DNA of 55,783 bases, the filler included, from Dimargaris cristalligena (taxonomy: Eukaryota), in the NCBI GenBank assembly GCA_003614675.1. It is 2 parts of 2 records of this genome, joined end to end, with 100 filler letters (N's around TTAATTAATTAA, not from the genome) between each part and the next. Parts side by side here need not be neighbours in the genome. Positions count along the whole stretch, not along the records: positions 1 to 27,880 come from ML002508.1; positions 27,981 to 55,783 come from ML002509.1. One strand, written 5' to 3'. Of this stretch, positions 26,997 to 37,347 are shown piece after piece. The number at the start of each line of letters is the position of its first letter. The stretch's first letter is position 1. The translations under genes and the position numbers were made by a program. The notes under the pieces were generated by a model. The model made no database searches. It saw only the letters and a list, made by a program, of their open reading frames with translations, and was not told where the DNA came from.

Positions 26997-27476
26997 ATGT
27001 CAGCCGCCCAATCCGTCGATATTGAAGCCATCCAGGCCGAAAAGGTCTACCATCCCAGAGACTGGCCCACGGAAGCCATCAAGGCCGTCGGTTGGGGAAC
27101 TTTCACCGGCTTCTCCGTCTCCGCCTACCTCAACTCCATCCAAAAGCATAACGCTGGGGCCGCTGGTCTCTTCACCCGGACCGGCTACGTGATGCCCTGG
27201 CTCGCCGCGCTCGGCGGGATCTACGCCGCCACCGAAGGGATCACCAGCAATGTCCGCGAGGAAGACGACTTCTGGAACGCCGGCCTCGCCGGCTGTGTGG
27301 CCGGTGGTCTGGCCGGTTCCCGTCGTAAGTCCATTAGTATGATGGCTGGTGGGTGTTTCGTGGTCGGTACCACCATGGGCGCGTATAAATATTTTGGCGG
27401 CATCGGCTTTCACCTGCGGGGCCAGAGCAAAGAGGAAGTCCTGCGTCAGCGACGTGAACGCCTCCGTCTGGATTAA
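26997..27476 (+). CDS. NDUFA11: Complex I accessory subunit NDUFA11 (Tim17/22/23 family)
   Basis: KHNAGAAGLFTRTG, NVREEDDFWNAGLAGCVAG; Gly-rich TM helices. Confidence 0.88.
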   Translation: MSAAQSVDIEAIQAEKVYHPRDWPTEAIKAVGWGTFTGFSVSAYLNSIQKHNAGAAGLFTRTGYVMPWLAALGGIYAATEGITSNVREEDDFWNAGLAGCVAGGLAGSRRKSISMMAGGCFVVGTTMGAYKYFGGIGFHLRGQSKEEVLRQRRERLRLD

Positions 27477-27825
27477 AAGAGGCCGGGGTGGCCGCTGGAC
27501 CGTTTTTCCCCGGGATGTACGCGAATTTTGGCCCTTAGCTTGCAGTGTCCCCAGGGCTCAAATTTTCAACGGCCATCGTCATTGGCTTATTTTAGACTAG
27601 ACTAGATGACTACACCAACGAACCAGCACCATTTTAAGGGGGTCTGCCTTCAACACTTTTCTGTATAATCCCTTTTCAATTATAACATTGCTTATTTATT
27701 ACGCTAAATCCTCAATAAAGTCGATTTAATTATCCGAATAAATAAAAAACATGAACGGCTAGTGCATCTACAGTAGAATAAGAACACGAATACATTCATA
27801 ATAATTTTATAAGAAAAAACTAATT

Positions 27826-27880
27826 CGACAACAGCAGGATTTGAACCTGCGCGGGCGGAGCCCATATGATTTCTAGTCAT
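27826..27880 (-). tRNA. tRNA-Ser(AGA), 3' part (5' end lost in gap)
   Basis: Reverse complement ATGA-CT-AGA-AA-TCAT anticodon arm, long variable arm, GCAGGTTCAAATCCTGC T-arm, downstream T-run. Confidence 0.92.
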
Positions 27881-27980
27881 NNNNNNNNNNNNNNNNNNNN
27901 NNNNNNNNNNNNNNNNNNNNNNNNTTAATTAATTAANNNNNNNNNNNNNNNNNNNNNNNNNNNNNNNNNNNNNNNNNNNN
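27881..27980. other. Assembly gap of Ns containing the artificial linker TTAATTAATTAA (27925-27936)
   Basis: A palindromic linker with stops in all six frames, embedded in Ns. Confidence 0.95.
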
Positions 27981-28013
27981 GATACCCTTGCCAGATCCGT
28001 ACATGCGACCCAT
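27981..28013 (-). CDS. RPS13: 40S ribosomal protein uS15/S13, 5' fragment
   Basis: MGRMYGSGKGI matches the MGRMHxxGKGIS start; truncated by the gap. Confidence 0.8.
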
Positions 28014-29309
28014 GGTGATTAGATTGGTAAACTCGCAGGGGGGAGAGAAGTTAAAGAAGGTAAGGTAAAAGTACCGTGGAGTAGTCCGAGTGAGATCGAA
28101 GCGAAAGAAGAGAGAGAGATGGAATCTCGGGGTTTCAAAGTGGCCCTCGGGTCTTGTACGAAGCTCGCTGCCATTTTCCCTTCCCACACTGGTGTTTTTT
28201 TAGCTGGCCATTAATGGACGGCCAGCCCAATTGCAGATTCTTTGTCAAATGAATATCCCACCTTTCATTGTGCTCTGGGCACAAAAAATTAAAATAGAAT
28301 CGTCGAATAATGAAAAACCCTCACCATTAAGTCTACCAAAAAAACATTAAATTTCCCGCCCCATGCATACTATACTCTCCAGCCCAAGTGTCAATCTAGG
28401 TCTACAGAGTGGGCCTAGAGATACAAAAGCTGACCGAGGAAATCCGGAGCACGTGACACTCCCTATACCTTCGAATCAAGCCATACGGATTGGTGCTAAC
28501 TCGCTCGGTCAATTAGTGCAAAAACCACTCAACAAGATAATTCGACTACATAATACTTTGAGAGGTTGCCGAACTTTTGAAAAAATGGGTTATAATTTGT
28601 AAATCTATGTATATTTCACCTTATAAAGCCAACTAAACAACCATTAACTCTCAAATTCACTAAGCATCAGGCCAGATTAGGGCCAAATTCCAGCCTAATC
28701 CAGTATCACAATAACATCCCATTATTATAATGTAAGACACAATATCACTGAAAGTGGGAGTAGGACTAAGAAGGCATTAAGATGTTGTACTATATTATCA
28801 ATATAACATATGGGTGGAATTCAGTGCAGCTGTAAAAAGCTATAATTAAAGAATGGATGGGAAAATATGTTGGAGATTTGGTTTTAACAAGTAGTATTAG
28901 CCTCATCCTATGGATTTTTTGTTACACAGCCCAGTAAAACCTTTCCCATATTCTTTAGCCAGCTAGTTATATTGTACCTGCAGCTAAAGATATTTATTTT
29001 TAAATTTATAACCAAGAACTCCCCCAATGCATGCTGTAACAATATATTATTGTAGCTGGTTGTCCCACAGTATTATCAACTAAGCCAATATTGGTATTGC
29101 CATATACATATGCTGCATTACAACAAGTTCCCATTCAATTTTACTTTGGTATATGCCTAATATCTAGGGACCACCTCCCAATCCAAACAATTAAGATACA
29201 TTGGTGCTAGCATCTCTTCATTATCATCTCATGGAATAATATCTGGTAAGCAACATTAGTGCTGTCTTTTCTGGCCCACTATCATGACCAATTAATTTGC
29301 ACTATAAGA

Positions 29310-30341
29310 TTAACCAATTGTATAGGCAAAATTCATACCAACAGATGGGTAAAGTAGCTATTCACTATAAGAAAATATGTCCCCATTATTCTACTATGTT
29401 TTGATTGTTATTACTATACTCTCCCTCTCTTCTAGTTACCAATTCATATTAGTTAGTCATTACCATTCTTTCCCCTACCCCTTATGTTCAAATATAACCC
29501 CACCCTTCCCCAATAGCTTACTCTTCAGCTTGCAACTTTCCTCTTGTTTTATCTATTCTGATTATTTATTTTAATAAACTCATTATTATCCCTTTGATTC
29601 CTGTCTGTCTTGCAGTACCTGGCCTCATTACCAGCCTGTCATAATAAACAGGCATGTCTGGAGGGTAGGAGTATCATAATTTGGAACTGTTGCATATATA
29701 TACAGGTGTAAACTAGATTACCAAAATATTAAAAAACTTTACTAACACCTCTTCAAGGACATACCTAAGAAAAATTAGCCCTCCTCAACCTTGTATTACT
29801 AGATCAAAGTTAATTTAATTATCTTTTCAAAAGTGACTTATAAAGTAACTATTTGAGGCTATGGAGTAGCCTACATAGTTCCCAGGCCTGAATCTTATTG
29901 AATAGATATAGGCCTAGATTTAGAGCTATACATCCCATAATTATTAATGACTACCAAAAAGGATACTCAAATACTGGGAAAAGGATGGTACAACCCAGCC
30001 CAGGGTCACCAGGAGGGAGTGGTAGAGAGTCATTTATACCATTCCTGAGCATTACAAATAAGTGATTACTAAAAACGGCTACTAGGATGACTTTAAATTA
30101 CAATTTTACAAAAAGTGGTAATTATTTAAACAACCCAAAAAGTGTATCAATGTACTAGTCATTTTAGAATAGCTATATCTTACCATTGAAAGAAAATGCA
30201 GACTTATTATTTTATACATACAAACTAGAAGAGAAGGGCTTTCTTTTAGTTATAACTATTTATTTTTCCTCTATTAAATCCTAAGTAATATATTTGTAAA
30301 ACCAAAAGTGTAAAACATGGATACCCTTTTTGGAGCCACTG
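29310..30341 (+). mobile_element. Degenerate Tc1/mariner DNA transposon (transposase relic + right TIR)
   Basis: GRSIIIWNC (~29660), ME*PT*FPGLNLIE*I*A (~29862; WPxQSPDLNPIE motif), IPEHYK*VITKNGY* (~30042), TIR-like end ctttttggagccactg (~30326-30341). Confidence 0.8.
29378..29641 (+). mobile_element. Candidate solo LTR nested in the Tc1 relic
   Basis: TG...CA ends, flanks aaata/taata (4 of 5 match), internal TATA-like motif and AATAAA; transposase-like sequence resumes right after it. Confidence 0.45.
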
Positions 30342-32237
30342 TGCATACACCCAGTTCATACACTATGCTGAAGTGCCATTATGTAGATATCCCTCCCTCC
30401 CCTGGTCCCTTTTGATAAGGTTTGACTACACCACCCCCTGCTGCTAAATAAGCTAGGAAACCTGCCATTGAGACACTGCCATAAGCCTGGAATGGCTAGG
30501 CATGATGCCCTCTCATACTATGATATTGTAAATACTTTAGTAGATTGGATACTTTACATTACACCCCAGAAACATGGTAGTAATAGATGTGTGAAGAACA
30601 GGTAGAGCTATACTATAGCCTTATTTATTGCTAAATAACACTGGGCTATCAAATGACCAGGAGGGCCACTAGGCTCTATAATTCAAGAAACTAGGGCCTA
30701 CTAAAGCACTCCCCAATCTATCCTGAACCTTGTATGCTATGAATAGAATGGACAGCACATCCGGATATACAGCCCCCGAATTTATGGCAAAGCCTTCAAA
30801 AGAGGTGTAGGCCGAAATTTGCATGCCTAACCCATGGTCCATGGAAGAACATTTCGATGACAAATGGTGCTCAGCTCAGATGGTTTAAACTGTTTACTCA
30901 TAAGATGTATTTATGAGAGGAATAGTTATGTTGCAATTAGTGCTGCCTTTTATTTGCCACTGCCGGCGGCCCATTACTCATGAATTTTCCGCTAAATTGG
31001 AACAGCTTATTATAACCCCCCTCCTTCAAAAAAAAAAGCGAAATTATATATTAAGTTGTAAAATAGCGATATTGGCGATATACCTATTTTTACATAATAC
31101 ATGTACTGTGCAGAATATGAAATGGCTACTAATGTAACACCTGGAAGCCATTTTGGTACCACTATACCCTTGGCTTGTGGCTTTTACTTTTGGCGCCCCT
31201 CCAAATGTAGAAAACTAAAGTGCCCTATTATAGGGCCTTGGTATACTGCCAACCCATTAGTAAAGCAGGACGTGCTTTTGACGCCGCACCCTAGTAAAGC
31301 CACCTGCCCGGGCCCTTGTTTGACTGTGGCCCGCCTAGATGAACACCCCAACATGCCTACTGTACCGCGCTGTCTGCACTCCCCTGCCCAGACTTTCCTC
31401 GTTCTATTTTTTCCATTTGCCAACTGACCCGAGCTTATAAGGATTCCTAATTAAACCCGGGTCTCATAGAATCCACCACTAAATGTAGCAATCGAGGGAA
31501 AGGGAAAGGCCTCTCGGCCATTTAACTTTGGCCAACGCCTACACCACCAATTTTTGTCGGCACGTACGCTTTATCATTGGTGCGATAATTTGGTGCCTTT
31601 TAAATAGTATCCGAAGGGAAAAATACCCGTTCTATTCCCGGTCCATATCCGTCCAGTCGTTACTATCATACCTAGCCGGATGTTAGGATAGAGACATGAG
31701 GCCGGTGGCCAAAAGGGGAGACGGGGAACATACCATAGGCCAAACGGATATTCTTTAATAAAATTGCATTCCGATTTCATCATTGCCAAGCCTAGTAGGT
31801 GCATGGGCAAATGGATTATGGGGATGAATTTTGTTTTGACAAAGGATAGTTGAACGGAATAAATGTGTACTCGCCGGTAAGGGAAGGGCAAAGGGACGGC
31901 TAATGTGAGCAACCCCCCCTCCCCTTCTCCTATATTTGACTAAAAACATAGGGTATAGTGCAATGCATACCTCTCTATTATAGTAAAGTCCAGTATATCC
32001 ATAACATGGGACCCATTAACCGCCCAGCTATGGACATCTCGCGGTCTATAAATAACGTTACATCCGCTCTCTCTCTCTCTCTCTCTCTCTCTATCATTAA
32101 TCCACTCTTCTACTACCATCCACCGCTAAGCCAGCAATTGCCTTTCATTTCCTACTACAGCTTTCCAACGTGTACCCTTTAAGTACCACTACTTTTCCCT
32201 CCCCTCACCCTTACCACTTTTCTCTCGTTATTCAGCC

Positions 32238-32492
32238 ATGAAGGTCCTGTCCGCTCTCGCTCTTGTTCTGGCCACCGTGGTCGTGGTTCGTTCCGCAACC
32301 CTCCCTACTACTACTACTTCTTCTGACGACTCGGCTCCCACTAGCCTTTCCAAAAAAGAAATGGCCATCAAGGCTGCCCTTGCTGTAGGTGGTGCTGCTG
32401 TTGCCTACTATGCTGCCGATGCGGCCATTGGCAAGTACAAGGAAAATAAGGCTGAAGCTGCGGATTTGGCGCCTACCTCTGCCACTGCCTAG
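32238..32492 (+). CDS. Small secreted pre-pro-peptide (84 aa), unknown function
   Basis: Signal peptide MKVLSALALVLATVVVVRSA, S/T-rich spacer, LSKK, Ala-rich helix; TATAAAT at ~32047; good start context (cagccATG). Confidence 0.75.
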   Translation: MKVLSALALVLATVVVVRSATLPTTTTSSDDSAPTSLSKKEMAIKAALAVGGAAVAYYAADAAIGKYKENKAEAADLAPTSATA

Positions 32493-33450
32493 GCTTGGTC
32501 GAGCTCCTTTTTCCACCAATCCACCCCCCATCCTGTGAGGGTTGCGCTATTGTACATTTAGATAAAAAATTAGCAAGTACTTTACGACTTGGATGTATAC
32601 TCTCCCCGCCTTTCTAGCTTTTATAAATTTACCAATCTTGTTGTTAGCTTGAGTTCAAATTCGGAGGTTTATTTTCCTTCATACTTTAAAATTAAATACA
32701 CATCCCCCTTTTTTATACATTAAAATACAATATACCTGAGTGACAGACTAGCCGGGCAAATGACAATGAGATAGTGGGTATTGTTAGAGGGAACCCAAGA
32801 CCATTTAATGATAAGTTGGATCCAACTACATGATCCCGATAGAGCACAGGCTATACAACTTTGATTAGGGGTAGAATAGTATGCCTAGCAGTCTACATGA
32901 TGGTAATTTTCTCATAAAACCAAATTATATCAACAAAGCCAGACTCGCCCTAGAAAATAGTTCGACCCGCACCTGGTTGCTTTTGAAGAGTGAATAAGCT
33001 AACCCATGTCTATCAATTTAGCAGTCTGATTAGGGAGGCAGTTTAAAGCACCAAACAGGACTGATATCTCATCTGTAGCTACTATACACAGTCTTTTGCA
33101 TTGCAATTCCCTACTGTCCCAGTCCAACCCTTAACGCCCCCCTGAATAACATATATAATATGGCATGTCAGAGGAACACCAAAAGGCCCACAATCATGAT
33201 CAAAGTGAATGCCGCTCAGGAACCGTTACGTATTTATTGTCAAAATCGAACCATGGATACGGGCGGCGATAAGAGAGAGGGGAGGGAGGGTTGATAAAGA
33301 AACGAGTGGGGGAGCCCTAAAGAGCCTGTGGGGGGTGTAGAATAAGAGGGTGGATTTTATTCAATGTGATTACAAAGAGAAGGTTAAGAGAGGGGGAGGG
33401 AATATGTCGGACACCGTATTTTGGCTAAAACAAAATTCGAATCCCTAGAC

Positions 33451-33879
33451 TTAAGCCCGGTTGTTGTTGGGGCGACGGCCGTGGAAGCGACGGTTATCGA
33501 AAGTGGCGACCTGGGGGTTGACGACATGGACGCCGGGGACGTTGTCGAAGTGCAGGGACTTCAGCAGAGCCTTGGTGTCGGAGTCGATTTCCACGCGACC
33601 GGTGTTAAGGGCCGAGACCTCGGGGACGTAGTTGTCCTTGCGTTCGCGCTCCTCTTCCTGCAGCTTGAAGGAGATACCGCGCACGGGACCGCGCTGAATA
33701 CGCTTCATCAGATGGGTGGTGAAGCCGGCGATCTTGTTGCGCAGACGCTTGGAAGGGATGATGGCCACCTCGTCGCAGATGCGCTTGTTGGTCTGGAAAT
33801 CCAGAGTCAGGCGGGGGTAGTATTTCTCAATAACGACCCGGGAGGCCTTCTTGACGGTCTTGGTTCTAACGCGGCCCAT
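33451..33879 (-). CDS. RPS17: 40S ribosomal protein eS17
   Basis: [63 protein letters not shown]. Confidence 0.98.
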   Translation of the reverse strand: MGRVRTKTVKKASRVVIEKYYPRLTLDFQTNKRICDEVAIIPSKRLRNKIAGFTTHLMKRIQRGPVRGISFKLQEEERERKDNYVPEVSALNTGRVEIDSDTKALLKSLHFDNVPGVHVVNPQVATFDNRRFHGRRPNNNRA

Positions 33880-33892
33880 GGTGGATTATTGT

Positions 33893-34441
33893 CTATAGGT
33901 GTCCAAAATAAGCGCGGTGGGGATAGGGCAAATGTGCAGGCAAAAAAAGTATGGGGGGGGGGGGGGGTAAGTAAGGTGGTGGATTCCCAATGGTTAGATG
34001 GGGGGAGAGGAGCTGACAGTCGCTTCGAAGTGATTCATGATTAGCCCATGGGGAATGGGGCGAACCAAATCCCCCGCTGGCCAATCGACCACATAACATG
34101 AGGGGTGGCTCGTATGCCCCGCACTTCGACACCGCATCTGAAAACATCCATCCATCGCCTAGCCGTTCCGTAAGTCCGGCGAATCGAGGGGGGTCAACAG
34201 TGGTTTCGAACTAGTGTTGTTACCACTGATATATTCGTAGTGTCGAATAGGTAGGTGTTACATCGATTAGCTCACAGACTGACGGATGGATGGCTAGTCG
34301 GTCGATCGATGGATGGGTGGGTGTTACTCGACGGGATGGAGAGGTTGGCCGATGATGGTGCGGGGGTTCGGAGTGGCATCCGTGACGAGCGTACGGGCTG
34401 GGTCGGCTAAGCTATAGAGGGTGGACGTCAATCGCACGTAC
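33893..34441 (-). other. RPS17 5'-UTR intron (structured)
   Basis: Donor GTACGT at 34441, branch-like CTAAC at ~33992, acceptor TATAG at 33893, 13 nt before the ATG. Confidence 0.75.
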
Positions 34442-35067
34442 CACTTCTCGAAATACGACGGCTGTGTGGGTATGTCAAAGCGAAAAAGAGAGGGAGCCTT
34501 GATGGGGTCCGGGTGGATTTAGCTTATAATATGGACTACTTTGTGGATGAATTTCTTGTCTACCCAACTTGTATGATCTGTGCCCCACCTGTAGAATGGG
34601 CCCCTCCATGGGTGCCGCTTACTTTACGCCGCCTAGCCAGCGACTACCACACTATTGCCGCAAACTCTCTTTCCATGAAGGGTGAGGGGGGGGGGGCGGC
34701 TCCTACCCCTCCATCTGGGCCAAATGGCATACAGGCCATAGTTTGCGTTAAATCACGTGATAAGTATAACCTAGGGTCTCTTTCAGGGCAATTTCGTTAT
34801 CGACCACGCACTATTCGGGTTTCCATGTGCTGTGGTCTATTCATAACTCTAATGTCAAAATACCTTGGAGTGGCCCTTGAATCTAAGCAACTATACCTAT
34901 CCTTCACAGGATTCCTGCCAGCGGGCGACCTCCCATCTCATATTTACCCTGTACTGGCTAATACCCCTAATACTATAGTCCCATAAAGCCCGCCCTTCCT
35001 GATTCCCCGCCCGTTCCCTACCCATTAATATATAGTATATTACACCATTGAAGGGGCCTTGCAAACT

Positions 35068-35793
35068 ATGGCGGACACCAGCTCCTCCGACGCAAATGGC
35101 AACCTCGGCTTCAAGCTCCGCAATTCCCTCCAGCGTTACCAGCAAGTAGCCCAACATTGTCTTGCGAAACTCGACTACACTCAGACCATCGCCTACCTGG
35201 CCAAAATATGCAGCATCCTCGATAATACCACCGACCCGGCCCTCCAGTCTTCCCTATTCACCACCCCGGACCAGCCCCCTATTTTAACCCTCCATCGGAC
35301 CGCACCGGTCTCCACGGACGGCGACTGCGCTCCGCCAGCCATACCAGCGGCCACTAATCCACCCTTTAGTGAACTGGATTTAGCCCTGGTGAATGATTTA
35401 TCCCTCGAGCGGCTAGTCGCGAACAACGGAAATCCAACGGATGGTCAACAGGCCGCTCTTCCCGGTTCCACTCCATGGAACCCGCATTCTCATTCACACT
35501 CACATTCGCACTCGCCAGCGAATGGCGCGGCTCGACTTAAGCGCTCCTTGGCTCACCTTAAGGGAGTGGCCTATTGGAATTTGGGGGATTGCTATCAACG
35601 GGCGGGACAGGTCATTCTGGCCGAGACGGCCTTTGAACAAAGCTCGCTGTGGTTTTATCGCGCGCGGGAAACCAAATGTAATTTACTGGCACTTGAGCAT
35701 CTGGTCCAGGTTGAAGAGGCATTGGGCAAACATCAATTGGCGGCTAACCTTAGGCGTCGTATGGCTAAAATTAAAGCAGCCGAAAGTTCCTAA
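35068..35793 (+). CDS. Hypothetical helical/TPR-like protein, copy 1
   Basis: 241-aa ORF from ATG; C-terminal AYWNLGDCY..AG..AE.AFEQS TPR-like pattern; (HS)n tract. Confidence 0.7.
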   Translation: MADTSSSDANGNLGFKLRNSLQRYQQVAQHCLAKLDYTQTIAYLAKICSILDNTTDPALQSSLFTTPDQPPILTLHRTAPVSTDGDCAPPAIPAATNPPFSELDLALVNDLSLERLVANNGNPTDGQQAALPGSTPWNPHSHSHSHSHSPANGAARLKRSLAHLKGVAYWNLGDCYQRAGQVILAETAFEQSSLWFYRARETKCNLLALEHLVQVEEALGKHQLAANLRRRMAKIKAAESS

Positions 35794-36610
35794 TGATGTG
35801 ACTTGTAGGGCGCGTTAGTAAGACTGGCGAGTATTTTCAGAATAATTTATTACACTTGTACATAATAATGCTCATACGACCATTGGGGTTGGAGTTTGCC
35901 CTTGCGTTTTTAGGTGCCGTTAAGTATCAACAATACACAAGCGAATCTCCCGTATTTTTAATAAAGCTAACCCCACTTCATCGTTTCAACTTCCAATGCA
36001 GTAAATCAATTGTAACTAGGTTGGCCAGCCTAAATATAGCTAATCTATTGTAGCTGTGCAAGAGGAAATGATGTGTGGTATTGACAGGTTGATGACCAAG
36101 TTAAGGTTGTCCGCCATCTAATTCACATCATCTAATAGCTGTCGTCACGCTGTATTTCGCTAAGACCCACCACCCTTCAGAGCCATAGGTATGGAAGGCA
36201 GGGGAGATCTTTCCCACAGAAAGACGGCAGGTAATAGCGCTTAAGATATTCCTAGCAATGCTACTACCCCCAACCATACACCCATTATTGGCCATCGAGA
36301 CTATAGGTGGAACTTGCGCCTTTCACTATTATCCAACCACGTGATATCAAATCATACCAACCACTAACTACTCTTATACACTATAGTCAAATCCCTCAAC
36401 CTCCTTGGCTGGGGAGATGGGAAGGAGGCGGCGGGGTGTGGTAATGGTGGGAGGAGGGGGGGGGTTTGGAGTAGGTTGGTGGGTGGTGAACTGCACAATG
36501 TAGGAAACACGGTAATTATAATCGATTCAGCCCCGCCATTGACAATTCCTCCTTTCCTCTTCACTCTTCCTGTATCAACCATCTGTGTCATATACAGTCC
36601 GAACGACGTG

Positions 36611-37017
36611 GTATGTATCCAACTCCCCAGAGACTAGCCGATATTCGATGACTTTACGGCCCTTCCAATCCATCCATCCACTGCTCCTACGCCCGTTGCC
36701 CCCCCGTCAGTGCCTCGCATGTCCGAATGTCGCGGAAGCCTCGTTGTAATGACCGGCCTTTACTAATGGTCACTACCTACCGAGATGTTCGATATTTTTT
36801 GGAGGACGGATCAAACAACAGCAGTTCACTGAACTGTATGCGAGTAATAACGGACCGACGAACGGATGGATGGATGGATAGGCCGATAAGTGTATATACA
36901 AACCCCTAAACGGAGTATCCGTGGCCCGTACAACGTTACTAATTTGTGATTATGCATATTTTATCTCGACTGACCACTCTGGTACCGATTCCCTTTATGC
37001 CTCCCCGATCGCCACAG
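36611..37017 (+). other. RPS10 5'-UTR intron (structured), copy 1
   Basis: Donor GTATGT at 36611, CTGAC branch at ~36970, acceptor CACAG at 37017, 8 nt before the ATG. Confidence 0.75.
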
Positions 37018-37025
37018 CCTGCAAG

Positions 37026-37313
37026 ATGCTGATTCCCAAGAAGAACCGCCAGCTCATCTACGAGACCCTCTTCCGCGGTATGTAACCAGTTTCATCGCTG
37101 TCCTTCCCCTCATCTCCGTCGCAACACGAACTCGGTACATTTATTGTCACTATTGGGGAATCCGCCTTCGGGCGGATTTCCCGGGTTTGTAGATTATGGG
37201 ATGCGCAAACTATTTCTTCTCACTAAGCTTACTGAATAATGAATACCCCGTTGATTGTGCGTAACGCTGTCTAATTCCCGAAATTCTCTATCCCCCTATT
37301 ATCATCTCTTTAC

Positions 37314-37347
<34 letters not shown>

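Noticed and set aside
27925-27936. Palindrome TTAATTAATTAA between tRNA-Ser and RPS13
   Set aside because: It sits inside Ns and is a six-frame-stop scaffolding linker. The tRNA-RPS13 adjacency is therefore not interpretable, and 100 nt cannot hold the missing RPS13 sequence.
33421-34044. 207-aa plus-strand ORF and similar long antisense ORFs over GPN1, DBP8, NDUFA11 and RPS10
   Set aside because: Shadow frames produced by codon bias of the real genes on the opposite strand.
34513-34986. 157-aa ORF (and its copy at 40997-41470)
   Set aside because: GTG start, lies across the divergent promoter, no recognisable motifs.
36690-36860. TPP or cobalamin riboswitch in the RPS10 intron
   Set aside because: The consensus cores (TPP CUGAGA motif, B12 box) are not visible.
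37255-37345. YIYIYI N-terminus of the RPS10 ORF
   Set aside because: Translation of an intronic TA repeat; the true exon 1 is 37026-37077.
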